Notes: generated from the letters alone by a model not told the origin. A stretch of DNA of 64,000 bases from an uncultured bacterium (GCA_902790465.1 CADASF010000006.1:20964-84963), one strand, 5' to 3'. Counted from the first letter of the stretch, positions 1-10,144 are shown. Numbers and translations: made by a program.

Positions 1-265
1 CTGTATATTTTGTAGCTTCAACCTTTACAAATGGAGCTCCAGTCAATTTTGCAAGTCTTCTTGCTATCTCTGTTTTACCTACTCCAGTAGGTCCTATCAT
101 CAATATGTTTTTAGGAATAATCTCATCCTTTATATATTCTGGAAGATGATCTCTTCTATATCTGTTTCTAAGAGCTATAGCAACAGCTTTTTTTGCTTTT
201 TTCTGTCCAATGATAAATTTGTCTAGCTCTTCTACAATTTGTGCTGGTGTCAATGAATTAATCAT
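1..265 (-). CDS. hslU: ATP-dependent protease ATPase subunit HslU, N-terminal part (runs off window edge)
   Basis: Minus-strand translation from ATG at 265: [38 protein letters not shown]...[24 protein letters not shown]; Walker A plus HslU N-terminus. Confidence 0.93.
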   Translation of the reverse strand, partial: MINSLTPAQIVEELDKFIIGQKKAKKAVAIALRNRYRRDHLPEYIKDEIIPKNILMIGPTGVGKTEIARRLAKLTGAPFVKVEATKYT

Positions 266-1349
266 TTTCTTCAGATTTTTTCTCCCTATTTGAATTGAAT
301 ATTATTTTTTTGATTTCTTTTCTGCCGATCTTTACGGTTTTTCCACTTGGAGTTTTGAAATTAACCCCATCTACACTTAATGAAAAAAGACCTTTTTCTT
401 TTTTACCGTTTTTAAAAATTAAAACATCAAGTCCGCTTTTCTTTTCATTAAATGTTATATCTGAAATTTCATCTTTTTTTACTCGTCTTCCTTTTATTAC
501 TCCCTCAAAATAAAAATCTTTATTATTTATCTTTCCCCAAACCAATCTGCCGTCATACATTTCAATCATATCTATTTCTTTCCAATCATCGGCTGATTTA
601 TTGGGAATCAACATTTCATCTGTGACAGGTGAATCTTTTAATGTAATTACAGGAACTGGAAATCCTGCTGAATATTCCATTATATTTGTTTGAAATCTAA
701 GTCCATCAAGTTGATCAGGCCATAAAAGAGGCTTTAAAATAACTTTTCCTTTTCCTTCAGTTCTTATTGCAGAAACTGCATTATCTTCAGAAAGTTTATA
801 TTTCAAAAGTGCAGTAGTTCCGCCTCCAGTTTTGACAGCACTAAATTTTTCGTTATCTATTTTTACTATAAAAACAACAGCCCCATTTACGCCATTTAAT
901 GTTGGATGACTTCCGTAAGATGAAGCTACAATGGCTTTACCTTCTGTTTTTCTTGAACCAACTTCACCGACCATATCTTTACTAAGTGTTCCATCTGGGT
1001 TTATTGGATCACTTACCATTCCAAAATATTCAGCCAATCTTGAATCATAGACCCAAAGACTGCCACCATTTTCTCTTACCCAAGTCATTATTGGTTCAAT
1101 CATTTCCTTTGGAAATTTTTCAAAACTTGTCTGTAATACTAGGATTTTGGCATATTCTGGATTAGATTTTAAATTTTCAATATCGCTTATATTTGAATCT
1201 TTTATTACTTTTACGCCACATTCTTTTTCAGAATGAGCTTGCCTTTTTATATATTCAGGAATGTCTCCTCCATCTATAACTCCCATTAAGAAAAAAGAAG
1301 CCATAAATAAAATAAAAAGTGAGAAGATTTTAAGATTTTTATTTTTCAT
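258..1349 (-). CDS. Exported hypothetical protein
   Basis: ORF 258..1394; likelier start at ATG 1349 (MKNKNLK) after a GAGAGGA RBS; hydrophobic N-terminal signal; in operon between miaB and hslU. Confidence 0.7.
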   Translation of the reverse strand: MKNKNLKIFSLFILFMASFFLMGVIDGGDIPEYIKRQAHSEKECGVKVIKDSNISDIENLKSNPEYAKILVLQTSFEKFPKEMIEPIMTWVRENGGSLWVYDSRLAEYFGMVSDPINPDGTLSKDMVGEVGSRKTEGKAIVASSYGSHPTLNGVNGAVVFIVKIDNEKFSAVKTGGGTTALLKYKLSEDNAVSAIRTEGKGKVILKPLLWPDQLDGLRFQTNIMEYSAGFPVPVITLKDSPVTDEMLIPNKSADDWKEIDMIEMYDGRLVWGKINNKDFYFEGVIKGRRVKKDEISDITFNEKKSGLDVLIFKNGKKEKGLFSLSVDGVNFKTPSGKTVKIGRKEIKKIIFNSNREKKSEEND

Positions 1350-1360
1350 GATAATTCCTC

Positions 1361-2677
1361 TCAATCTGAAATAAATTTTCCCATAAAGCCCCAAGTAAAT
1401 GCTTTTTCAAGTTTTACTTTTACAATTTTGCCTATCAAAGATGAATCTCCAGTAAAGTTAACAACTGTCTTTTTGTCTGTCTTTCCTGTTACAAATTCTC
1501 CATCTTTCTTAGAAAGAGTCTCAACAAGAACAAGAGCTTCTGATCCTTCAAGTTTTTTGTGCTTTTCAAATGTTATGTTATTTTGCATTTCTATAAGTTT
1601 ATTCAACCTATCAAGTCTTTCCTGTGGAGGTACTGATGGATTTATTTTAACAGCAGGTGTTCCTTCTCTTTCAGAATATGCAAACATAAATGCACCGTCA
1701 AAATTCATTTGTTTTACAAAAGACATTGTATTTTCAAATTGTTCATTTGTCTCACCTGGAAAACCAACAATTATATCTGTTGTAATCGCTATTTCTGGCA
1801 TTGCTTGGCGAAGTTTTTCAACTATTGAAGCATAATCTTGAGTTGTATATCTTCTTCCCATTCTTCTTAAAATCGTGTCATCTCCTGATTGAAGAGGAAG
1901 ATGAATATGCCTGCATACATGTTCAAGAGAAGCCATTGTCTCAACAAATTTATCATCAAAATTTGCAGGATGTGGGGACATAAATCTTATTCTTTCAATA
2001 CCTTTTAAGTTATTAATTTTCTTTAAGATATCGTTAAATGAGCCATATTCAGGTTTATCTTTTCCATAGGCATTGACATTTTGACCCAATAATGTAATTT
2101 CGAGACCACCTGAATTGACAAATTCTTCTGCTTCTTTCATTATATGTTCAAGAGGGCGACTTACCATTGCACCTCTTACATAAGGAACTATGCAATATGT
2201 ACATCTATTGTCGCAACCTTCTGTTACAGGAATCCAAGCAGAAAAACTTCTATCTCTGTCAACAGGCATAACTTCAAAATTCATATCTCCCAATTCACAC
2301 AATGCTCTTCTTTTGCCTGTTCTCTGTACATATTCAACTAAATATGGAATTGAAGAAATATTTCTTGGACCAACAACAATATTTACATTTGGAAATCTAC
2401 CCAAAAGTTTTTTTCCGTCTTTTTGGGCAAGACAACCTGAAACTATTGTTATCAAATTGGGTTTTAATTTCTTTAATTCTCTGTACTGTCCAAGTCGACC
2501 ATAGACTTTGACATCAGCTTTATCTCTTATTGAACAAGTGTTTATTACAAGAATGTCGGTTTCTGTGATTTCTTCTGTTTTTTCATAACCACATGATTTT
2601 AAAAGGGCTGAGATAAGCTGTGAATCATATTCATTTTTTTGACAGCCAAGTGTTATTATATAATATTTACCTTTCAT
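1361..2677 (-). CDS. miaB: tRNA-2-methylthio-N6-dimethylallyladenosine synthase MiaB
   Basis: TLGCQKNEYDS, INTCSIRDKA, GCDNRCTYCIVPYVRG radical SAM motif, LLGQNVNAY, C-terminal TRAM domain. Confidence 0.93.
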   Translation of the reverse strand: MKGKYYIITLGCQKNEYDSQLISALLKSCGYEKTEEITETDILVINTCSIRDKADVKVYGRLGQYRELKKLKPNLITIVSGCLAQKDGKKLLGRFPNVNIVVGPRNISSIPYLVEYVQRTGKRRALCELGDMNFEVMPVDRDRSFSAWIPVTEGCDNRCTYCIVPYVRGAMVSRPLEHIMKEAEEFVNSGGLEITLLGQNVNAYGKDKPEYGSFNDILKKINNLKGIERIRFMSPHPANFDDKFVETMASLEHVCRHIHLPLQSGDDTILRRMGRRYTTQDYASIVEKLRQAMPEIAITTDIIVGFPGETNEQFENTMSFVKQMNFDGAFMFAYSEREGTPAVKINPSVPPQERLDRLNKLIEMQNNITFEKHKKLEGSEALVLVETLSKKDGEFVTGKTDKKTVVNFTGDSSLIGKIVKVKLEKAFTWGFMGKFISD

Positions 2678-2679
2678 GA

Positions 2680-4029
2680 TTACTTATTTTTCAAGTATTC
2701 GACCGCTGCTTTAAGTTGTATATCACCAGGTCTTCCTACTCTTGTTACATCCATTTCTTTTTTAATATCTGGCGTAATGCCTATTTTGTTTATATTTCTA
2801 TTTTTAGGAGTGAAATAATGGGCTACTGTTATTTTGAAAGCTCCACCGTTTCTAAGTGGAAGAAGTTCTTGGACTGATCCTTTTCCATAGCTTTTTCCAC
2901 CCATCAATTTTGCAAGTCCATAATCCTGCAAAGCTCCTGCTGTGATTTCGGAAGCACTTGCTGTATATTTATTTATTAGAACAACACATGGAATTTTTAG
3001 ATCAGATACACCATGTGATTTTAAATAATTTTTTCTACCTGTTCTATCAGATACTGAAACAACGGTTTTTCCTGCTCCAAGCATATAACTACATAAATCT
3101 TGTGCCGCATTTATGAGACCACCGCCATTATTTCTCAAATCAATTATCAAACTTCTTATATTTTTGCTTTCAAGGGCATTCATTGCTTTTGCAAATTCTT
3201 TAGCAGTATCATCTCCAAAAGTTCTAATCTTGATATAGCCTACAGACTTATTTATCAATTTACAGCTTACAGAGTGGATTTTTATGTTTTCTCTGACTAT
3301 TGTAAATTTTAAAAGTTTATCGCTTGTTTTTCTCTTTATCAAAAGAACAACAGATGTTCCTACTTGACCTCTCAATTTTGCCATTGCAACATCTATTGGC
3401 ATTGTCTTTGTCGGTTCATCATTTATCTTTATAATTAAATCTTCTGGAAGAATACCTGCTCTATATGCTGGTGTTCCCTCAATAGGCTCAAAAACTGTAA
3501 GTTGATTTCCATTATTTTTATCTTGTTGGATAAATACTCCTATTCCTCCAAAAGTACCAGCCTGCATCTGCTCCATTAGTGATCTATAATCTTTTGGTGT
3601 TAAAAGCAGAGTATATGGGTCGTCCATTGCTGCCATTAAACCCTGTATAGTAGCATACCACAAAAGAGAACTTGAAAGACCTGTTGAAGCTGAAAGAGAA
3701 GCTACTTCTGAGGATATAGTATTTAGAGAAGAAATATGTGCAGATTGATTTATTTTTGCAGTCTTAAAGAGAATATTTAATTCTCTATTTATTCCTGCAA
3801 TCAATGTCTGTTCAGTTGGATTTTCAATAAATTTCTGTTGCATTTGGTTCAATGCTGAAATAAAAAGTGAATAATCAGGAGTAAAACCAAGTGCTGACGG
3901 ATTTTTTACAAATTTAGAATAATCTGTCTCACTCTGATATCCTTTTTCTTCAGCAAAACAAAAATTTATACAACAACAAAATAATAAAATAATAAGTGAT
4001 AAAATTGTAAACTTATTTAATTTCTTCAT
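2680..4029 (-). CDS. S41 family C-terminal processing protease (CtpA-like) with PDZ domain
   Basis: DPYT, FGGIG (PDZ), IIDLRNNGGG, TASASEI, GKGSVQ; start taken at ATG 4029 (MKKLNKF signal peptide). Confidence 0.9.
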   Translation of the reverse strand: MKKLNKFTILSLIILLFCCCINFCFAEEKGYQSETDYSKFVKNPSALGFTPDYSLFISALNQMQQKFIENPTEQTLIAGINRELNILFKTAKINQSAHISSLNTISSEVASLSASTGLSSSLLWYATIQGLMAAMDDPYTLLLTPKDYRSLMEQMQAGTFGGIGVFIQQDKNNGNQLTVFEPIEGTPAYRAGILPEDLIIKINDEPTKTMPIDVAMAKLRGQVGTSVVLLIKRKTSDKLLKFTIVRENIKIHSVSCKLINKSVGYIKIRTFGDDTAKEFAKAMNALESKNIRSLIIDLRNNGGGLINAAQDLCSYMLGAGKTVVSVSDRTGRKNYLKSHGVSDLKIPCVVLINKYTASASEITAGALQDYGLAKLMGGKSYGKGSVQELLPLRNGGAFKITVAHYFTPKNRNINKIGITPDIKKEMDVTRVGRPGDIQLKAAVEYLKNK

Positions 4030-4046
4030 GTTGTCTTGCCTCTCTT

Positions 4047-4412
4047 TTATGCAAAAGCATTTGTATCCATTATACCGCCACCCATACAGGCAGTACATAA
4101 AACTTCACCAGTTCCACCACATTCAGGACATTTTTTTTCTTGACTCTCTTTATCGTCTCTGCAATCTACAATATTTTTGCTATCTTCTCTATCTTCGCAC
4201 TTGCACAAAGTTTCTTTTTCTTGACTCTCTTTATTGTCTCTGCAATCAACAATATTTTTATTGTCTTCGTTATTTTCGCCATTGTCCAAAGTTTCTTTTT
4301 CTTGACTTTCTTTATTGTCTCTGCAATCTACAATATTTTTGCTATCTTCTCTACAAACAGGGCATGGCACTTTGCCTTTTCCTTTACATTCGGGACATAT
4401 AACTTGAATCAT
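4047..4412 (-). CDS. Small DnaJ-type zinc-finger protein with internal tandem repeat
   Basis: CPECKGKG-CPVC ... CPECGGTG-CTACMGGG motifs; GGGGG RBS upstream; overlaps the upstream gene. Confidence 0.75.
   Translation of the reverse strand: MIQVICPECKGKGKVPCPVCREDSKNIVDCRDNKESQEKETLDNGENNEDNKNIVDCRDNKESQEKETLCKCEDREDSKNIVDCRDDKESQEKKCPECGGTGEVLCTACMGGGIMDTNAFA
4131..4352 (-). repeat. 81-bp coding tandem repeat, about 2.7 copies
   Basis: Encodes 27-aa units of the type REDSKNIVDCRDNKESQEKETL-x5. Confidence 0.85.
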
Positions 4413-5517
4413 ATTTTTTACCCCCTACTAAATTTGATAAAGCCATTAATCCACCATTTACAACTGAATGACCTCCCAAAATGATTGGTACTTTGCTTTC
4501 AGAAACTCTTTTGGTAAAAGATTTTATAAATGGATTCTTTATTTTTTTCCACATTTGCATATCTGATAAATAGGCATCTTCTTGGTTATATTTATCTGCA
4601 AATAGATAAAATATAACCCTTGTATCTAAAATACAAGCATTACAAATATTTTCAAACATATCAAAAAAAGTATCAAAATTTTTTGATTGGAAGATACTAT
4701 TTAGAATACTTGCAGAAGCTCTCCCTCTTACTTTAAGTCCTCTTTCTTCAGATAAAAATCTTATTTTACATGGAGTGTTTCTCTCTGCTAAGTATAAATT
4801 TAGCGGATTTATTCTGCCATATACAAATATCTCATTTGATTTAGATGATAGAATGTTTATAAAACTATCCAAATCTATATTTTTAAAGATACTATTTGAT
4901 ATATAATTTCCTATTCTGCCTGAATTATTTGTGATTTTTGACAAAATAGCAAAGTCATTTGGTGTGTCAATATCAAAAATACTACCCAAACTATTTGGTA
5001 TTTTTACATATTTTAGAGAAGTTTCTTTCATCAAATATGACGAAAAATAATTGTCTATATTCGGAAAATTTAAAATAATTTTTTCATCTAAATCAGACAG
5101 AGAAAATGTAATAAAATCTGAAGATACTAAATTATTTGAAAGGAATTGTCCTTGTATTGTTTTTTCAGATATAAATTTTAGTTCATCTGTTTTTAAAAAA
5201 TAACAGCTTCCAGCTCCAAAATAAAATATTTTATCAAGTGAATATTTATTTTTGATATTAATTAGAGATTTTCCAAAATTAAAATTTTCTCCAATTTTTT
5301 CTGATATTATAAATGGAAGTTTTTGATCTTTGTTATTGAACTTAAGATCTCCAATAACTATTGCGGGATTGAAATAACCACTTTCAAACATTTTTTGACA
5401 AGTGTCAAAAATCATTAATTCTCTTGCATCTTTTATAATCTTGGAAATACTACCTTCAGGAGGTCTTATATTCCAATTTTCTATAATTACTGGAGTTATT
5501 TTTTTAGAAGTCATCAT
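4384..5517 (-). CDS. Hypothetical protein, possible CofC-like/nucleotide-diphospho-sugar transferase fold
   Basis: Long ORF; FDIDTPND motif typical of CofC/MobA-like NTP transferases; start taken at ATG overlapping the ansA stop. Confidence 0.55.
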   Translation of the reverse strand: MMTSKKITPVIIENWNIRPPEGSISKIIKDARELMIFDTCQKMFESGYFNPAIVIGDLKFNNKDQKLPFIISEKIGENFNFGKSLINIKNKYSLDKIFYFGAGSCYFLKTDELKFISEKTIQGQFLSNNLVSSDFITFSLSDLDEKIILNFPNIDNYFSSYLMKETSLKYVKIPNSLGSIFDIDTPNDFAILSKITNNSGRIGNYISNSIFKNIDLDSFINILSSKSNEIFVYGRINPLNLYLAERNTPCKIRFLSEERGLKVRGRASASILNSIFQSKNFDTFFDMFENICNACILDTRVIFYLFADKYNQEDAYLSDMQMWKKIKNPFIKSFTKRVSESKVPIILGGHSVVNGGLMALSNLVGGKKYDSSYMSRM

Positions 5518-6511
5518 CTGAAGAAAATTCACCAGCAACAGGTGTTAACATCATATCAGATATTTCTCTTGGAGTTTCACAATTTCCCAAGACCCACATC
5601 AATTTTACGAGAGCAGATTCTGGAGTCATATCATTTGCCATAATAGCACCAGTCTTTTTTAATAATCTACCTGAAGGATATAAATCATCTGTGTATCCAT
5701 ATTCACATTGTGAAGCTATTACTATTGAAACTCCTTTTTCAATAGCTCTTTTTATTGGAGGAATTAATGATTTTTCACCTACTGGGATATTTCCAATTCC
5801 AAAACTTTCTATAACTATTCCTTTATATCCCATTTCAGTTATTTTATCTATAACTTCAGGATTAATTCCAGGATATATCTTTAAAAGAAAAACATCTGAC
5901 AATAGTTTTTTTCTCAAAATTGGACGGTGTCTTCCACGCTTCTTACATTCTCTTGTAAGTGTCAATCTAACACCTGCATGACCGAGTGGGTCGAGTGAAA
6001 AAGAGCCAAAAGCGTTTATATCTGTTCCACTTATTTTTTTTGCTCTATTTGCTCTCAAAAGAACATTTCCAAAAAATATACAGACCTCGGCAATGTCCAT
6101 TGAAGCATATCTAAATGAATATAATAAATTATTTTTGGCATCACTTCCAAATGTATTTGAAAGAGGTATTTGAGAACCTGTAAAAATAACAGGTTTTCCT
6201 AAATTAGTTATTAAAAAAGAGACGGCAGAAGCCGTATAAACCATTGTATCAGTGCCATGAACAACTACAAATCCATCATAATTATCATATTCATCATATA
6301 TTTTTTCAGAGAGTGCAACCCAATTTTCAGGTTTCATTTCAACACTGTCAAAATTACTCAACTGATATAGGTCTATGTCGGCAATTTGTTTTGCTTCTGG
6401 AACTTTTCCTAAAAGCTCATCTGCAAGTGTCAATGAGGACAGTGTTTCGCTGTCCATGGCTATTGTACCACCAGTACAGATACATAGTATTTTACTTTTT
6501 TTATTTATCAT
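5504..6511 (-). CDS. ansA: Type I L-asparaginase
   Basis: ICTGGTIAM and HGTDTM signature motifs, TGSQIP, DMTPESALVKLMW. Confidence 0.92.
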   Translation of the reverse strand: MINKKSKILCICTGGTIAMDSETLSSLTLADELLGKVPEAKQIADIDLYQLSNFDSVEMKPENWVALSEKIYDEYDNYDGFVVVHGTDTMVYTASAVSFLITNLGKPVIFTGSQIPLSNTFGSDAKNNLLYSFRYASMDIAEVCIFFGNVLLRANRAKKISGTDINAFGSFSLDPLGHAGVRLTLTRECKKRGRHRPILRKKLLSDVFLLKIYPGINPEVIDKITEMGYKGIVIESFGIGNIPVGEKSLIPPIKRAIEKGVSIVIASQCEYGYTDDLYPSGRLLKKTGAIMANDMTPESALVKLMWVLGNCETPREISDMMLTPVAGEFSSDDDF

Positions 6512-7127
6512 TTTCTTCTTCTTCTAAATCGTCTTCTTCAGAATTATTTTCATTTGAATCGTCTTTTTCGTCTTTTGTATTTAAAGCCTTTAAAAAATCA
6601 CTTGGTTTCAAACTGTCTATGTATTTTCTAAGCATTTGCCTGTCATGTTGGCTTATTTCTCTATCTCGAGAAGAATTTTCTAAATCATCATAATTTGCTT
6701 CTGGCTCTTCAGCTCTTGCATTTCCCTTCTTTTGACTTATACTTTCTTCTATCAATATATGATCGGCTATGTATATTGGTGCTTTAGTCCTCAGAGCAAT
6801 AGCAATGGCATCACTCGGTCTTGAATCAATATCAAATGTTTTATCATCCTTTTCAAGAACAATAGTTGAATAAAATGTGTTATTTTTTATTTCTGTGATA
6901 TTTACACTCTTAACAATAGCACCTAATTCTTCTATTATTGAAACCATTAGATCATGTGAGAGCGGTCTCGGAACTTTTGATCCTTCAAGAGCTAATGCTA
7001 TTGCAGTTGCTTCAAAAGGTCCTATCAATATTGGGAGATATCTCGAATTAGATTCATCTTTTAGTATTATAACAGGATCATGCGTCAAAAGGTCTATGCC
7101 AAGTTTGTCAACATACATTTTTTTCAT
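6501..7127 (-). CDS. Bifunctional nuclease family protein (DUF151)
   Basis: LPILIGPFEATAI, RPLSHDL, DSRPSDAIAIALR; acidic tail. Confidence 0.9.
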   Translation of the reverse strand: MKKMYVDKLGIDLLTHDPVIILKDESNSRYLPILIGPFEATAIALALEGSKVPRPLSHDLMVSIIEELGAIVKSVNITEIKNNTFYSTIVLEKDDKTFDIDSRPSDAIAIALRTKAPIYIADHILIEESISQKKGNARAEEPEANYDDLENSSRDREISQHDRQMLRKYIDSLKPSDFLKALNTKDEKDDSNENNSEEDDLEEEENDK

Positions 7128-7437
7128 GTTTTAACTATACCGCCTTATTTAATGGTTATTTTGTCAAGATTTTATATAGGAATTAATTATAATTAATAAC
7201 AAAAAGTCCTTCAGAATATTTTTTTCAATAAAAAACAAAAATTTAGTCAAATGTTAACAATAATTTCATTGCTAAACTAAAAAAAATGTTTTATTATATT
7301 TTCAGTAAAGATAGAAAAAGGAAAAAAAATGTAAGTTTAGTGTCCGCCGACATGTTATGAGGTAGTAATATTTGGAAATAGTAAATTAAGAATTAATCGG
7401 CAAAAAGAAGGACATTTGAAATTGGAGGTGCGTTAAA

Positions 7438-7743
7438 ATGGATTCCATACATGGAATTAATCATTTTTCTTCATATATTTCACCACAGCACAATAATTTA
7501 TTTGAAAAAACAAACATAAATAACAAATCTGAGATATCTTCTGTTTCAGATGGTTTCGAACATACAAAAAATATAGACAGTTCTGTTATGAATCAGACAG
7601 ATGCACTTAAATTTTTGTCTTATGCTGATAAAACAGAAAAAACAGCTCAAATTGCTGATTCAACACCTATTTCTAATATAGGTTCGTTTGAGTTGTCTTT
7701 AAACGGAATAAATAGTAAAGAATTCTTTTATTTAAATATATAG
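7438..7743 (+). CDS. Small hypothetical protein (101 aa)
   Basis: Strong GGAGGTG RBS at 7424-7430; followed by its own terminator. Confidence 0.75.
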   Translation: MDSIHGINHFSSYISPQHNNLFEKTNINNKSEISSVSDGFEHTKNIDSSVMNQTDALKFLSYADKTEKTAQIADSTPISNIGSFELSLNGINSKEFFYLNI

Positions 7744-7753
7744 TATAAATAAG

Positions 7754-7781
7754 AAAAAGCCTCCAATGGGGGCTTTTTTTT
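7754..7781 (+). terminator. Rho-independent terminator
   Basis: aaaaagcctcc-aat-gggggcttttttttt. Confidence 0.8.
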
Positions 7782-7965
7782 ATTTGCATTTCAAAATTGA
7801 AAAAAATATATAAACAAAAAATTTTTAAAAAATAAAAAAACAGGAAGCAGGCCTCTAAATATAGAAGTTAAGATAACTCTTGTTTTTTTATTGTAAATAT
7901 TAATTTTAGATATAATCATTATATCTAATGGGTAATCAAAAATATATAATACCGGGAGACCCAAA

Positions 7966-9252
7966 GTGAATTTAAAAAGGTTTACCGTACGAGAAGAATA
8001 TTTTGGCTCTCTTATTTATGATTTGGAGAAAAAAGATTATATTCCGTTTGATGAAGAAGCAACATTAATTTTTAAAAAAACTGCTGAAGGTCAAGCTTTA
8101 TCAGATATATATTCCAAATATTTAAGTAACAAATCTGAACAAAACTTCAAAACATTTATAAATCTATGTAAATCAATAGGTTTATTAAATGACAATGATG
8201 TTTTCGATGGAGTTTTTATTAATAGGCAAAATATTGATGAAAAACAAAAATGTTTATCAGCTCCATTAAAAGTACATCTACAAGTAACCAATGAATGTCC
8301 TTTAAAGTGCAGACATTGTAGTCAATCAAGCAGAGAACCAAGAGAAAATGAATTGACATTTGAACAGATATCTCATTTAATTTCTGAATTATCTGAAATA
8401 GGCACTAAGGAGATATGTTTTTCAGGTGGAGACCCTTTCTGTAGAGAAGATTTTATAAATATTGTAAATATAGCTGTCAGAAGAGGTCTTTCTGTTTCAA
8501 TTTCTTGTTCAGGATTGTTTGTAAGCAGAGCAATTGCGAAGAAAATAGCTGAATTGGATATAAAACAGATAAAAGTGAGTTTTGATGGTTCTTCTGAAAA
8601 ATCTTATGACTATTTTAGAGGAAAAGGTACATATAGAAGAGCAATCAGGGGTATAAAAACAATAAGAGAAATGTTCAAATGCAAACTTGTTCTTCATTCT
8701 GTCATAATGAAGCCAAATATTGGAGAACTTTTAAGTTTGTTTAGAGCTATTCAAAAGTTGGAAGCTGATGAATGGACTATTGATTTTTTCAGACAGATAG
8801 GAAGTGCTTCTACACATAAAAATTTTGCTTTGCAACCCGAAGATATAAATCTTGTACGAAGAACTGTTAAAAAATTTTCTGAAACATCAGAGATGAAAAT
8901 AAAGATTCCATCTCTTCCTGAAATTAGTTCTAAAATTTCAATATATAGCAATTTTGGCTGTCCTGCAGGTAATATATATTGTTATATTAATTCATCAGGA
9001 TTTGTAAAGCCATGTGGATTTATGTCTGATTCAACATTTGCAGGTAACATAAAAAATGATTCATTGCAAAATATTTGGTTAAATTCAAAGTTATTTTCTG
9101 ATATGCGTGCTTCTCTAGGTGTTGACAAATGTAGAAACTGTGGATTTTATAAATCCTGTAGAGGTGGTTGTAGAGCTAGAGCAACAGAAATTGGAAAAAA
9201 TATTGAAGTAAATGATCCGTTCTGCTTTATAGCTACTTCAGAAGAAAAATAG
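7966..9252 (+). CDS. Radical SAM/SPASM protein with N-terminal PqqD/RRE-like domain
   Basis: CPLKCRHC (CxxxCxxC), SGGDP, SPASM cysteines CPAG..PC..CRNC..CRGGCRA..DPFC; N-terminus VREEYFGSLIYD resembles MftB-type RRE. Confidence 0.88.
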   Translation: MNLKRFTVREEYFGSLIYDLEKKDYIPFDEEATLIFKKTAEGQALSDIYSKYLSNKSEQNFKTFINLCKSIGLLNDNDVFDGVFINRQNIDEKQKCLSAPLKVHLQVTNECPLKCRHCSQSSREPRENELTFEQISHLISELSEIGTKEICFSGGDPFCREDFINIVNIAVRRGLSVSISCSGLFVSRAIAKKIAELDIKQIKVSFDGSSEKSYDYFRGKGTYRRAIRGIKTIREMFKCKLVLHSVIMKPNIGELLSLFRAIQKLEADEWTIDFFRQIGSASTHKNFALQPEDINLVRRTVKKFSETSEMKIKIPSLPEISSKISIYSNFGCPAGNIYCYINSSGFVKPCGFMSDSTFAGNIKNDSLQNIWLNSKLFSDMRASLGVDKCRNCGFYKSCRGGCRARATEIGKNIEVNDPFCFIATSEEK

Positions 9253-9276
9253 AAAAACCACTTGGTGAAAAAAAAT

Positions 9277-9528
9277 ATGAATTCAAATGTTAAAAGAAGA
9301 GCATTGGAACCTAAAAATATGTTTTGTTCAATGTTAAAGAAAAAAGTTTCAGTGCTTGTTGAATATGATGATTATAAAAATAGAAATAACAAAGGATTTC
9401 CAGGAACATATTACTGTGAAAATATAATTTCATGCTATGGTGCAGGTAAAAGATGTAGATATAGTGGGATAAGTCCTTTGTATCCAGATCCGTTAATTCC
9501 AGAAGAGTTTTCAGAAGAAGACAGATAA
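9277..9528 (+). CDS. Small four-cysteine hypothetical protein
   Basis: ORF 9262..9528; ATG 9277 after GGTGA; FCSM...YCENIISCYGAGKRC. Confidence 0.7.
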   Translation: MNSNVKRRALEPKNMFCSMLKKKVSVLVEYDDYKNRNNKGFPGTYYCENIISCYGAGKRCRYSGISPLYPDPLIPEEFSEEDR

Positions 9529-9552
9529 ATTTCTAAATTTAGGAGAAATTAT

Positions 9553-10134
9553 ATGAGTAATATTTCAAAACTATCAGTTATACTATTGGTATTCTTTTCT
9601 TTTATTTTATGTGGTTGTAATTCTCCTGAAAAAAATAATAACGATAATAAAAATACCACAACAAATAAAGTTTCTAAAAAAGAGAAAAAGCAATATTATT
9701 ATACAAATAGCACTGTGGGGTATAAAATTCCAATAACTTCATCTTGGAAAATAGAGGAAGTACCTAATACTGATATTTTTTTAGTAAATAAAGATGGCAC
9801 TTTTACCCCTGAGCCTTCTGTCAATGTAGTTACTGTCAAGGCAAATAAATATGAACTTTGGGATAAAAAAGCTCAAAAAAAACTAAAAGATGAAATAGAT
9901 AAAAATCTTGTTACTGCCTCAGAAAAAGAAGTTACATTGGCAGGACAACATGCATATAATATTGTGTATGGACTTGAAAATAAAGCTGTTTCAATAATAG
10001 TAAATCAAACATATCTATTTTACAATGGATATTTTATGGTTATAACTTGTTCTTCAAGAGAATCTGAATATAATAGATTTGAAGAAATATTTAATGATTT
10101 TATTGAAAAAATAGACTTCACTGAAGCTAAATAG
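9553..10134 (+). CDS. Lipoprotein, PsbP/DcrB-like domain
   Basis: Lipobox ILCGC; GYKIPITSSW, EVTLAGQHAY, YNRFEEIF pattern of PsbP-like fold. Confidence 0.7.
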   Translation: MSNISKLSVILLVFFSFILCGCNSPEKNNNDNKNTTTNKVSKKEKKQYYYTNSTVGYKIPITSSWKIEEVPNTDIFLVNKDGTFTPEPSVNVVTVKANKYELWDKKAQKKLKDEIDKNLVTASEKEVTLAGQHAYNIVYGLENKAVSIIVNQTYLFYNGYFMVITCSSRESEYNRFEEIFNDFIEKIDFTEAK

Positions 10135-10144
10135 GATATAAAAA

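Noticed and set aside
7327-7353. Sigma28-like promoter (GCCGACAT)
   Set aside because: No TAAA at the required 15-nt spacing; the GCCGA is better explained by RNA pairing
7438-7743. 101-aa ORF as the radical SAM precursor peptide
   Set aside because: Separated by its own terminator and a candidate downstream promoter; has no Cys or recognisable core motif; kept only as a weak alternative
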